From contig JAGLWU010000021.1 of the NCBI GenBank assembly GCA_023133275.1, forward strand, positions 1,341-65,340: a stretch of 64,000 nt of DNA. The letters run 5' to 3'. The DNA is from Candidatus Moraniibacteriota bacterium. GTDB taxonomy: Bacteria; Patescibacteriota; Minisyncoccia; Moranbacterales; GCA-2747515. Positions 10,712-20,902 of this stretch are shown here, one piece after another. Every line of letters starts with the position of its first letter. Within the stretch, counting starts at the first letter, position 1. The translations under genes were made by a program, and so were the position numbers. The notes beneath the pieces were generated by a model. That model did no database searches and was not told the origin of the DNA. It was given only the letters and a program-made list of their open reading frames with translations.

Positions 10712-11266
10712 ATTATTCTTCCTCCTTTTCCTCAGCTTTACACACCAAGGAATAAAAACGAAAAAATAAATCAATAAACTGCCAATAATTTTATACTCTA
10801 TGCTAAGAGCAATAAAAAACAACAGCCTCCCTTTATAAATCCAATAAAGAATCTTCCCTAACAATAGGAAAACGTTCTTCATTGTTGTTTTGACGTAAAT
10901 CACGCCGCTCCAGAATTTCTTCCAAACCTTCCTAACTTTCTCAAAAAAATCTGAAATCTTCTTTCGGATTTTTCTTATAATTAGAATTAAGGCTTTTATT
11001 TTTTTCTTAACTCTTTTCAAAAAATCAAAAATTTCACTCCAAAATTTTTTTATCATTAAAACTAAAATAATAAAAAAAATGAATGCAAAAAAATAAATAA
11101 ATATTTCTCTTTTAAAAAAGAAGATTAATACTCCTATCCCCCAAATAATAAAAAATATATTAGAATATTTTTTATGAAGATCTTCTTTCATTACATTTTC
11201 TCCTTCATTCAAGAGATTATCAATTAAAGCTGTCCCAAACCGATATTTTTTGATTTCCTGATTCAT
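10700..11266 (-). CDS. Hypothetical basic membrane protein (start uncertain)
   Basis: ORF with hydrophobic segments; overlaps the end of the upstream ORF. Confidence 0.55.
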   Translation of the reverse strand: MNQEIKKYRFGTALIDNLLNEGENVMKEDLHKKYSNIFFIIWGIGVLIFFFKREIFIYFFAFIFFIILVLMIKKFWSEIFDFLKRVKKKIKALILIIRKIRKKISDFFEKVRKVWKKFWSGVIYVKTTMKNVFLLLGKILYWIYKGRLLFFIALSIEYKIIGSLLIYFFVFIPWCVKLRKRRKNNVGT

Positions 11267-11639
11267 AAGAAGAATCTACATAACATCCAGCGAAAAGAAG
11301 AGCTATAACGATAATAACCGCAATGACATAACGGATGTTTTCAAACATAAATACAATAGCCCTGAAAAAAAATTTAATGATTTTTCCAATGCCAACAAAT
11401 ATGGAAATTATCACATTTATCGTACCGATTATTATAGGCCAAATTTGAACAATAGCCCAAATAATTCCAATAAGCAAGGCAAATAATAATGCTTCTGGTA
11501 AAAAAATACCAAGTGAACATACTATAAACAACCCTATCAGAACAATATAAATCATTCCGCTATTATTGTCTACAAAGTCTTTATTTTTTGCCAATGCTTT
11601 ATTCATAGGCGGACCAAGTTGCAATTTATTGTTTTTCAA
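11220..11639 (-). CDS. Hypothetical membrane protein (TTG start)
   Basis: AGGAG SD at 11647-11651; several TM segments. Confidence 0.6.
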   Translation of the reverse strand: MKNNKLQLGPPMNKALAKNKDFVDNNSGMIYIVLIGLFIVCSLGIFLPEALLFALLIGIIWAIVQIWPIIIGTINVIISIFVGIGKIIKFFFRAIVFMFENIRYVIAVIIVIALLFAGCYVDSSYESGNQKISVWDSFN

Positions 11640-11686
11640 AATATTTCTCCTATAAATATTTTTAATTTAAAAGAACACAACAATTA

Positions 11687-11715
11687 ATAATATATCCAAA
11701 CCCAAAAAAAGTCAA
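11687..11715 (-). promoter_or_regulatory. Sigma70-type promoter TTGACT-17-TATTAT
   Basis: -35 at 11715-11710, -10 at 11692-11687, 17-bp spacer. Confidence 0.65.
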
Positions 11716-11722
11716 TAGCGAA

Positions 11723-13843
11723 TCACCTCACAAAACACCCCTGCAAATTCCCACCACCCACATCACCAGCCCCAACAACATCATCCCCCAACATCAACAC
11801 ATACAATTTCAAAGTCCCAAAAGACCTCTCATCCACAATCATATGATTCACCAACATCTCATCATTAACATGCACCCCCGTCTTCTCCCGAACCAGCAAA
11901 TAAAAATTCCCACCCGAAACAATCTCTTTTTCAAAACCGCCCCGCTTTACATAACACAACAACCCCTCACCCTCACTTTTAGAATTAACCAAATAAAAAA
12001 TCGCCCGAGCATACCGATTATCACCCACCACAATTTTACCAACATCATTATTTCCGCTTTTATTTTCCGATTCCAAAATATAATCCGCCACATCCCGCAA
12101 CTGACTTAAAATAATTCTGTCCGACCTTTTTAAAACAAGATCCCGACTAGATTCAATATTTTCCGTTCTCGATAAATGCAATTCCGTAAAACCAATTTTA
12201 ATATTAAACAAATTTATCACTATAAAAATAATTGTTAATCCTATCGTAATAAATTTTCCAAATCTCCGAAAAACTTTTTCAATAAAATAAAAAACAGATC
12301 CCAGTAAAATCAAAAATGGCGGATACATAAAAAGAAAAAATCGTGGAGAAATTTGATAAGCTACCAAAATTAAAAACAAACCGCCCATCACTAACCACGG
12401 CAAAATTAAAAATATCGCCGAATGTTTTTTTCTGAACAAAGAGTTGCAATTCCTTGTTAAGTTTTTACAAAATTTCCTACTTCTTCTGAACAAGAGGTCA
12501 TGACCCCTTGTTGAAATTCTGAAATATTCCTTCACACGAGAGAATGAAAAGTTTTTTAAATAAATTCTCACAGCAAATAAAGTTCGCCGAAAAAATAATT
12601 TGATCGATTTTCTATCTCTGCGCAAACCACTTTTTTTATAAACAACATAAAAATTCCTTTTAAAAATATAAAAGAAAAAAGTCGCCAAAGAAATTAAAAA
12701 TAAAATTATTGCCAAAATTAAATAAAGTAATCTCTCCTTGCAAGTCTTATCACAAATCAAAGGAAAATAACCCTGTGTTTGTTTTTTAGTAATTAATAAA
12801 TCCCGACCATGCTGATCGCCCGTAAAAATCGTGAAGAAAAAAGTACTACTTTCTTGAAAAGCTCGAAAAGTTTTTTCCGCTAAATCATGTTTATCATTTT
12901 TATCTTCCGTAACTGAAGCAATTAAACCTTTCGTATTCTTCCCGCCAGTTTTGTACTCGTTAACAATGACTGGAAAAAATAAAAGGATAATTAAACTTAA
13001 TGAAATTAAAATCGTTTGCCAAGAAATTCGTATTTTTGAAAAGATAAAATAAATTATAAAAACCACAGGAAAACATAAAAACGCAATAAAATGAAGTTGT
13101 AATAAAATTGCTGTTGAAAAAATTGCGAGAATAAACCACCGAGATATTTTTTTATTTGCAAAAAATTTATTTACAAACCAATTCTTAAAATTTATTAAAA
13201 ATTTATTAAAAAAATTGTGCTTGCCGCACGGGCAAAATACCTTTTCACAATCGTTCACTGATTTTCCATCAGCTTTTTTAAAATTAAAAAATAGTTTTTG
13301 ATTGTAAAAACGTTTTGGCAAAATATCTTTACCTAAAAAATTTCCACACCGCAACAAAGAATACGCCGCCAACATTAACCAAAAAGGCATTGAATTTGGA
13401 TTCCATGCAAATCGCCCGTAAATAATTAAAAAATAAGAAAAAGATGTTATCGTGAAAAGTAAAAAACTAATTCTTCTAGAAAAAAATTGTCGTGCGAAAA
13501 AATAGGATAACGGAATTGTTAAAATTGAAAATAGTAAATCTGGAAATGCAACAGCAACTGGCAAAGAAGTATTTTGCCAAAACATATTTCTTGCAAAAAT
13601 CTTCGCAGAAAAAAATTGGAAGTAATAAAAAATAGGACCAAGTTGTAATTCTCGCCCTCGTGCTTGTGGACCGAGTAATGGCAAATCTCTCGTTCCATCG
13701 ATCGCATCTGAAATTATGAAAACGTCTCGTGCCTGATCCAATTCAAAATGCAACCAATCTGTAAAATGATAAGTTCGTAAAAATATTCCGACAATGAATA
13801 TCGCAATTGCTAAATATATTATTTTGTTTTTTGTGTTAAACAT
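11723..13843 (-). CDS. GT-C glycosyltransferase with two repeat-containing loop insertions
   Basis: DQARD, LGPIFYY, WNPN; contains palindromic repeats at 12435, 12489 and 13217. Confidence 0.8.
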   Translation of the reverse strand: MFNTKNKIIYLAIAIFIVGIFLRTYHFTDWLHFELDQARDVFIISDAIDGTRDLPLLGPQARGRELQLGPIFYYFQFFSAKIFARNMFWQNTSLPVAVAFPDLLFSILTIPLSYFFARQFFSRRISFLLFTITSFSYFLIIYGRFAWNPNSMPFWLMLAAYSLLRCGNFLGKDILPKRFYNQKLFFNFKKADGKSVNDCEKVFCPCGKHNFFNKFLINFKNWFVNKFFANKKISRWFILAIFSTAILLQLHFIAFLCFPVVFIIYFIFSKIRISWQTILISLSLIILLFFPVIVNEYKTGGKNTKGLIASVTEDKNDKHDLAEKTFRAFQESSTFFFTIFTGDQHGRDLLITKKQTQGYFPLICDKTCKERLLYLILAIILFLISLATFFFYIFKRNFYVVYKKSGLRRDRKSIKLFFRRTLFAVRIYLKNFSFSRVKEYFRISTRGHDLLFRRSRKFCKNLTRNCNSLFRKKHSAIFLILPWLVMGGLFLILVAYQISPRFFLFMYPPFLILLGSVFYFIEKVFRRFGKFITIGLTIIFIVINLFNIKIGFTELHLSRTENIESSRDLVLKRSDRIILSQLRDVADYILESENKSGNNDVGKIVVGDNRYARAIFYLVNSKSEGEGLLCYVKRGGFEKEIVSGGNFYLLVREKTGVHVNDEMLVNHMIVDERSFGTLKLYVLMLGDDVVGAGDVGGGNLQGCFVR
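12435..12512. repeat. Two family-B 24-bp palindromes inside a CDS
   Basis: AACAAAGAGTTGCAATTCCTTGTT (12435) and AACAAGAGGTCATGACCCCTTGTT (12489). Confidence 0.85.
13217..13233 (+). repeat. Family-A repeat inside a CDS
   Basis: GTGCTTGCCGCACGGGC, one mismatch to the intergenic consensus. Confidence 0.8.
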
Positions 13844-13887
13844 TTTTAAAATACAGAACCTTTAATTTTTTTATTAATTTAACAATT

Positions 13888-14619
13888 TCAAATTTTATAA
13901 CTCTCAGGAACACAAGAATTTATAAAGAGTTTCCCAAAAGAAGTTACTTTTATGTCACTATTTATAAAGACTCCTACTTGCGTTTTACCATCATCGCTAC
14001 TAATAATTTCCTGATTTCCATTTTGCCACACGCCTGCAATATTCAAACTATACAAGTGATCCATATAAATAAAAAAGTTCTCTGGAAATTGCAATTTATC
14101 AATGGGAAATTCATTTTTAATAATTTTTTTATTAAAAAACAAATGCTTATTATGATCAAACTCTGACTGTTGCCTTAATTTATATAATTGTTTCTTTTTC
14201 AAAAAATACAGGATTACAGCTTCATCATGAGATAATTGTTGTATAATTTTTGGAAATGCTGGATGAACTAATCCTTGTTTTGTTTTATCTACTGAATTAG
14301 CTAATAAATTTACAAACATATCACACAACAAAGTATTTTCATAAGAAAGTGCTAATCCTTCTAGTACTGGAACAACAATTTGAGGATGCCCCTTAATAAG
14401 ATTTTTTTCTTCTACTTTTTCTGCAATATTTTTCAAATATCTCTCCCACCTACTACGATAAGCTGCAACATATTCAACTGGTGCCAACAAAAAACGCCCA
14501 GCTTTTACAGTATTACCTAAAGCCTTCCCTATTTCCTTCATGGCAGGACTCAGTCCATCATCATAGATTTTTTCTACAGGAGCTTCTTCAAGTATTTTTT
14601 TAGTAATTTCTTCTTCCAT
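13888..14619 (-). CDS. DUF4393 / Abi-alpha family protein
   Basis: MFVNLLANS...HPAFPKIIQQLSHDEA and C-terminal TSFGKLFINSC pattern. Confidence 0.75.
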   Translation of the reverse strand: MEEEITKKILEEAPVEKIYDDGLSPAMKEIGKALGNTVKAGRFLLAPVEYVAAYRSRWERYLKNIAEKVEEKNLIKGHPQIVVPVLEGLALSYENTLLCDMFVNLLANSVDKTKQGLVHPAFPKIIQQLSHDEAVILYFLKKKQLYKLRQQSEFDHNKHLFFNKKIIKNEFPIDKLQFPENFFIYMDHLYSLNIAGVWQNGNQEIISSDDGKTQVGVFINSDIKVTSFGKLFINSCVPESYKI

Positions 14620-14625
14620 AAAAAT

Positions 14626-16488
14626 TTATTTAAAAATAAACTTCAAATCCCGCAACGAACATTTTGCCCTTTCCTCTATTCCCAATTCTAACATAAAACA
14701 CCTATTTACACTTACTTCATAACCATTATTATTCAACCTATTTTTTTCAACAAAGTTATCCTTATTTTTCAAATCTAACTCAATCAAAATCACAGTTCCA
14801 AAATCAATCTCCTCAACAATTTCAAATTTATCTTTTAAATCTTTCGGCAATTTCACTTTATTTTTAAATTTATCAGCCTCTCGCAAAAGAAAATATAAAC
14901 CCTTTCTATCCAAATTTTCAACATTAATTTCAGTAACTGGCAATTCCTTTTCAATTTGCAAAAGATATAAAAGTGAACGAATATGATACGGGGAAGAATG
15001 TACATAGATATTCGAAAATTCATTTTCATCAAATCTATTTTCAATCACATCAGTAATTTTTTTCCACTGCTTATTTGTAACTAAATAATACGGCTCCAAA
15101 ATAAATTCATTTATTTCAACATCTTTTTTATCATCATTATCAATCATTTTGAGCCAACTGAAAGATTGCCAAAAATTCAAAATTATTAAAAACAACATTC
15201 CCACAAAAATTATCTTTTTACCATATTTTGGAAAATACTTTTCAAATAAAATTATCGCAAAACCCAATAAAATAAACGGTACAAATAAAACAACCAGAAA
15301 ATAACGCGAATCAACATCCAGCGACAACGGATAAAATAAAAATAAATAAACTACCTGCCAAATTAACATTAATAAAACAAAACGATTTTTCTGAATATTA
15401 ATTTTAGAAAAATTATCTTTTAATTTAGAGAAATAATTTCTCGCAAAAAAGTAAAAACTTATCATTAAAAAGATAAAAATTAAAATTGCTTTAAAAATAT
15501 TATTTTGTAAAACGCTGTTAGAAAAATTCTTTGTCATCAAATCATTTAAACCATCACTACTCTCAACTCTAATCGGATCACTGATAAAATTTTTCGACAC
15601 TAAAATATTTGTATAAAATCTGGTGAAATTGTAAACATTCATGAAAGATTTTTTTGGCATCGTCGCTTGTTCATCTGAAGCATTTCTTCTGATAGTTGCC
15701 TTTAGAAATTCCTGTGTATTTTCTCCTTTGGTTAAAATGTCATTACAAATCAGAGGAAAAAATAAAAAAATACTCACTGATCCAAAAATCGCAAAATGTT
15801 TTAAAGAAATTTTTACTCTAGTAATTATAAAATATAGAAATAATATTATTGGCAATCCGATCAGTGCGACTGTGTGAAGTTGCATCGCCCAAGCTGTTGA
15901 AAAAGCGAATGGAATAATCCAAAAAGTTTTATTGTCTAAGTTTTTTAGAAGATTTTTAATTTTTAGGAACAAAAAATTATGACTTTTTATTATTTTAATT
16001 TTTTTATTTTCTGCTCGAGAATAACGTAAAAGAGAGTAGAAAGATAATACTAAAAAAAACGGAATTGAATTTGGATTCCAAGAAAAATATGTATATTCCA
16101 CTACAAAAAGTGAAACTGAAAATAAGGCAATGAGATATAAAGAAATTCTTTTTGAAAAAAATTCTTTGAGTAAAAAGTAAAATGCTGGGATTGTTAAAAT
16201 TGAAAAAATCAATTCTGGTAAAACCATTGAAAAAACACTCAAACCGAAAATTTTACTACTGATTAAAGCTGGTAAATAAAATAATGATCCTAAACGAAAA
16301 AATGTTCCGCCTGCTTTTGGACCGACTAGTGGAAATTCGCCGATGCCGTTAGTTAAAACTTTATCGATGATTCTGTAATCTCGAGCTTGATCGATTTCGA
16401 AAAAGATGTTGTTGCTAAAATTATAGGTTCGTAAAAATATTCCTACGCAACAAATTGCTATTAAAATTATTATTGTTTTATTTTTCAT
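14626..16488 (-). CDS. GT-C glycosyltransferase
   Basis: DQARD, GPKAGG, WNPN; multi-TM. Confidence 0.8.
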   Translation of the reverse strand: MKNKTIIILIAICCVGIFLRTYNFSNNIFFEIDQARDYRIIDKVLTNGIGEFPLVGPKAGGTFFRLGSLFYLPALISSKIFGLSVFSMVLPELIFSILTIPAFYFLLKEFFSKRISLYLIALFSVSLFVVEYTYFSWNPNSIPFFLVLSFYSLLRYSRAENKKIKIIKSHNFLFLKIKNLLKNLDNKTFWIIPFAFSTAWAMQLHTVALIGLPIILFLYFIITRVKISLKHFAIFGSVSIFLFFPLICNDILTKGENTQEFLKATIRRNASDEQATMPKKSFMNVYNFTRFYTNILVSKNFISDPIRVESSDGLNDLMTKNFSNSVLQNNIFKAILIFIFLMISFYFFARNYFSKLKDNFSKINIQKNRFVLLMLIWQVVYLFLFYPLSLDVDSRYFLVVLFVPFILLGFAIILFEKYFPKYGKKIIFVGMLFLIILNFWQSFSWLKMIDNDDKKDVEINEFILEPYYLVTNKQWKKITDVIENRFDENEFSNIYVHSSPYHIRSLLYLLQIEKELPVTEINVENLDRKGLYFLLREADKFKNKVKLPKDLKDKFEIVEEIDFGTVILIELDLKNKDNFVEKNRLNNNGYEVSVNRCFMLELGIEERAKCSLRDLKFIFK

Positions 16489-17113
16489 TCAATTCCCTTT
16501 CTATTTTGTGTTTCTCTACATCTTCACATTTTAACATGTCAACAATATCACCATATTCATAACAATTATTTTTATCTTTTGCATAATTAAGTTCATCATA
16601 ATAATCTTCAACAAGCTGAAAAGTTTTTGGATCAGCTCCTTCTATTATGCTAGTTACAGCGTAAACGTTATTTTTATCTATTGAGTAAAAATAATTCAAA
16701 GATTCAAAAGTGTTTGAATCTGCATTTTTTATAATTTTATCTTCATGGTAAACAAAATTTTTATCTATTGAATAATTATATTTTAAAGGTTTAAAAGTCT
16801 TTGCATCAGCTTCTTTTATTTTTTGCATAAAATAAGAATCTAATTTATTATAGTCTCTTACATAAACATTGCTTTTATCAACTGCATAATATTTATGTAT
16901 TTTCCTAAAAGTCAAAGAATCAGCTCCTTCTACTATTTTTTCATTATAATAAACACTACCATTTTTATACCCTACAAATTCTCTTCCAATAGAATAAGTA
17001 ATATTGTTTTTTATATTAATAATTTCTCTCAAATTATAATAAGCCAGTAAAATAAAAATAAGCCAAACTACAATTAAAACTATATATTTATACTTTTTTA
17101 AAAATTTTTTCAT
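16478..17113 (-). CDS. DKNYY-repeat membrane-anchored protein
   Basis: Repeated AD..TF..L...Y.xDKN.VY units. Confidence 0.85.
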   Translation of the reverse strand: MKKFLKKYKYIVLIVVWLIFILLAYYNLREIINIKNNITYSIGREFVGYKNGSVYYNEKIVEGADSLTFRKIHKYYAVDKSNVYVRDYNKLDSYFMQKIKEADAKTFKPLKYNYSIDKNFVYHEDKIIKNADSNTFESLNYFYSIDKNNVYAVTSIIEGADPKTFQLVEDYYDELNYAKDKNNCYEYGDIVDMLKCEDVEKHKIERELNEK

Positions 17114-17162
17114 AAAATTACTCTAAATAATTATTTCAATCACTATACCCCGAAACACAAAA

Positions 17163-18494
17163 TCAATCAAACAACCACCCAAACAAACTAAATTTATTTT
17201 TCTCTTTCAAAACAAACTTATCAATATTTTCATTTAACTCTTTAATTTCTTTTTTATCTTCATTCAACAACTCAATCGAACCCTGATTTTCAGTCTGTCG
17301 CAACAACTCATCCAATTCATCAATATGATTTTTATAACTCTCAATTTTCCCATCCAATTCATTCAGTTTATCATAATCAGAACCAATCAAAAAAGTCTTC
17401 AACTTCGAACGATTTTGCACCGCTGTCTGAATAATTTGCCTATCGACCTCGTCCACTAAAAATTCATAATAGCCCTTTTCAATTTTATCCTCTAACGTTT
17501 CAGTTCTCAAAGCATTAAATTTCATCTCATCAGAAAATTTACAGGAGCTATGAAAATTACCCAGCTCATTGCCACGAATCAAATTTGCATTCATTTCCTC
17601 AATTGAGTCCGACCAATATTTTCCACCCGGCGATCCACCTCTCGGTCGAGTACAATTTATTCCATTTCTCTGATTATTTAAAATCGTATTATTGTTTATT
17701 TTAAATTCACCTGTCGCATCCGCATCTTTATAATATTGAAAAAGAATTCCGTTCGCCACATTGTTAGAAATAATATTATTAGAAATATCTATTTTAGTAA
17801 AACCCATCACAACTTCAATCCCACTTAAATCATTATTTTCAATTTTATTATTTGAAATTACGCCTCTTACATCATCTCTAATATCAATCCCTTCCTCAAA
17901 ATTATCAGAAATATTTGAATTGGCGATATTAAAATCCCTACCTTTTTTAATATAAACTGCTTTAGCTGTTTTCGTAACTTTAGAATCTTCCAAATTAAAC
18001 TGACCTTTTCCATCCGTCTCAATGCCAATTTTTCCCCCAGACACAATTATATTTTTGATCGTAACATTAGACCCATTACCAACCCATATATTTACCTCGT
18101 TTTTCAAATACGAATTTAAATACCATTCATCTCCTGATTTCTTTTCCAGAATTGACGAAATATTTTCTAATCGTGAATTACCCGCCATTATTATTTTACC
18201 TTTAATAATTGTTTTTTCTCGATCTTCACCAATTAAATTAGCATCTGAAAAAATTATATCATCTTCATAAACACCGTTGGCAACATGAATATTTTTCGCT
18301 CCACCTCAACAGCCTGTGAAATTTTTTTAAAAGGTCATTCTTTACTTCCATCACCTTGATAAAAATAATTAATGTCTACATAACAACCCTCTCCATTCAA
18401 AAAACAACAACATTGATTTGCTAAAATTGTTTTTGGAAAAATATAAAATAAGCTAAAAAAAATTACAAAACACAAAACTATTTTTTTTATTCAT
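17163..18494 (-). pseudogene. Secreted DUF1565/right-handed beta-helix protein disrupted in its 5' part
   Basis: ATG 18494 gives signal peptide MNKKIVLCFVIFFSLF only with a frameshift in the T8 run at 18481-18488. YVD..GDGSKE*PFKKISQA has an in-frame TGA at 18335-18337. A second frameshift lies near 18303. 18188-17163 is an intact beta-helix ORF. Confidence 0.7.
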
Positions 18495-18581
18495 AAAAAA
18501 TTATTAAATCATTTACTATTTACTCTAAATATACTAAGATTCATATAAAGACATTATCATTATATTAGAACAATAAATTTT

Positions 18582-20825
18582 ATGCAAACAATTCTATTAA
18601 AAGTTAAACCACTTTGGCTAAACATTTCTCTAACATTATCAATCACAATAATTTTAATCCACAAAATCGATTTATTAAATAATTTAAGATTTTTAAACTC
18701 ATTGAAAATATTTTATCTATTATTTTTAATTTCACTTTTTGGAATAATATTTTTAAAATTGTTGAAAGTTATAAATAATAAATCACTAATTTTACACACG
18801 CTTCCCACTCAAATTATTTTATTCATCGGAATTCATTCAACTGAAAATTTACATTATATTTTTAATTTACTCGTTGGCATATGGCTAATCTTCGGCGGAA
18901 TTTTAATTGTAAAAAAAATTACAAAACAAAATAATCACCAAAAATCATACTCAAAAAGTTTCACCAAACAAAGTGTATTTTTTTTAATTTTAATAATTTC
19001 TTGCCAACTATTTTTTGCACTTTATCAAGTTGACAAAGCACTTTACATCGATGAAAAACTCTGGACTTACAGCAAAGAAAAACGAATTGAAAAATATTGG
19101 AATAACATTTTTGAACAAGATTGGAAAAATACCCGACCCAGCGACAAACCTGGAGTAACTTTAGCCATCATTTCTGGAATTGGATTATTTTGGGAAACAC
19201 CTTCAGATTTTTTAAATATTGAAGAAAATAATTATTCAAAAGACGAATTTTTAAAAATGCTTTTCAGAATGAGATTGCCAGTAATTCTTTTTGCCTCACT
19301 AAATTTAATCATTTTTTATTTTCTGTTTTCAAAATTATTTAATAATAAAACTGGATTACTTACCACTACACTGATTGGACTTTCCCCGCTGTTGATTGGA
19401 ATAAGTCGAGTGATAAATCCAGACGCTTTCAGTTGGATTTTAATGTCGCTCACAATAATCACTTATTTCATTTATCAAAAAAACAACAAACCAAAATATC
19501 TCTATGCAACAGGAATTTTACTCGGATTATCTTTACTCACAAAATATATTGCCAATTTGTTAATTCCATTTTTTCTAGCAGAAATTTTCATTCAAACAAT
19601 TTTATTTAACGTAAACGAAAAAGATTTACCAAAAATTTTAAAGAAAAAATTTCTCAATTTTATTGAAATTATTATTTTAGCGTTAATCACTTTTTACATT
19701 CTTTACCCTGGAACGTGGGTCGCCCTAGACAGATTGTTAAAAGGAACATTGTGGAGTCAAGCTTTCGAACCATTTTGGAAACCGTTTATTACTTTCATAT
19801 TTTTATTTACAGTCGATTTATTCTGGCTCAACTCAAAATTTTTCTCTTCAATTATTCTAAAGCTCCAAAAATTTAAAAAAGTTTTATTTTTTTCTGTGCC
19901 AACAATTTTTACTTTTTCAATATTATTCACTCTATTAAATGTTTACACTCAAATGAGTTTTATCAATTTTGAATATTTTATAGCATCACCAAAAAGTGCA
20001 GGTGGCGAAAGTTTAATTTCCGTTTTTTTCTCAGGATTTTATAGTTTAATTTTCGGCATCACACCTTTAGTTTTCTTCGGACTTTTGCTAACTTTATTTT
20101 TTGTTTTAAGAAAAATTAAGAAAAATAAAAACACTCTAAAAATTAATTTCCAAAATTATTTCATCTGGCAAATATTGTTCTTCATTTTTATTTTTTATCT
20201 ATCTTCTGCATTCAGTGAAGTAGTTCCCATGGTTCGTTACCAAATTATAATTTATCCACTCACAATAATTTTAGCAACTTTAGGCTACACACAATTATTT
20301 GAAATGGAAAAACTAAAAAACTTTTCTAAAAAAATATTTCCAATCTTTTTACTTTTTGTTATTTTTACAAACTGTTTTATTTTATGGAATTTAAAACCTA
20401 ACTTTTTTAGTTACAATAGTTTTCTACTCCCGAAAAAATATATTATTAATCCAAAAGATATTGGCGATGGAAATTATGAAGTCGCTCAATTTTTAAATAA
20501 ATTGCCAAATGCAAAAAATTTAAAAATCTGGTCTGACAAAAATGGTATTTGTAATTTATTTATTGGAAAATGTTATTCTGTTGAACATCCTGAGGATTTT
20601 GAATTTCACGGTCCCGATTATGATTATTTTGTTATTTCTCGTGGGCGAAAAAGTAAGATTGTGAGATTGACTAATCAAAGACTTGACGGTAATCCTGATT
20701 ATGAATTGCGATTGGATAGACTTTATTTTACCGACAAAATTTTAAAAGAGTTTAACCCAGGTAATCGTAAGGTTAATTTTATTCGTGTAATTGAGAGTGA
20801 TGATGTGAAAGTTTGGGAAAAGTAA
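18582..20825 (+). CDS. GT-C (PMT_2-like) glycosyltransferase
   Basis: IDEKLW, DKPGVT, SRVINPD, LLTKY; multi-TM. Confidence 0.8.
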   Translation: MQTILLKVKPLWLNISLTLSITIILIHKIDLLNNLRFLNSLKIFYLLFLISLFGIIFLKLLKVINNKSLILHTLPTQIILFIGIHSTENLHYIFNLLVGIWLIFGGILIVKKITKQNNHQKSYSKSFTKQSVFFLILIISCQLFFALYQVDKALYIDEKLWTYSKEKRIEKYWNNIFEQDWKNTRPSDKPGVTLAIISGIGLFWETPSDFLNIEENNYSKDEFLKMLFRMRLPVILFASLNLIIFYFLFSKLFNNKTGLLTTTLIGLSPLLIGISRVINPDAFSWILMSLTIITYFIYQKNNKPKYLYATGILLGLSLLTKYIANLLIPFFLAEIFIQTILFNVNEKDLPKILKKKFLNFIEIIILALITFYILYPGTWVALDRLLKGTLWSQAFEPFWKPFITFIFLFTVDLFWLNSKFFSSIILKLQKFKKVLFFSVPTIFTFSILFTLLNVYTQMSFINFEYFIASPKSAGGESLISVFFSGFYSLIFGITPLVFFGLLLTLFFVLRKIKKNKNTLKINFQNYFIWQILFFIFIFYLSSAFSEVVPMVRYQIIIYPLTIILATLGYTQLFEMEKLKNFSKKIFPIFLLFVIFTNCFILWNLKPNFFSYNSFLLPKKYIINPKDIGDGNYEVAQFLNKLPNAKNLKIWSDKNGICNLFIGKCYSVEHPEDFEFHGPDYDYFVISRGRKSKIVRLTNQRLDGNPDYELRLDRLYFTDKILKEFNPGNRKVNFIRVIESDDVKVWEK

Positions 20826-20902
20826 AAAATTACGTTAGAAGAAGCTATAAACTTATTTAAATGGTATAATAAAAAAGATAAAAAATTTAAATCTAAAAAA
20901 TC

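Noticed and set aside
18335-18337. In-frame TGA as evidence of genetic code 25 or selenocysteine
   Set aside because: It is flanked by two frameshifts. Other genes end normally at TGA (11723, 13888, 17163), and long ORFs are intact under code 11.
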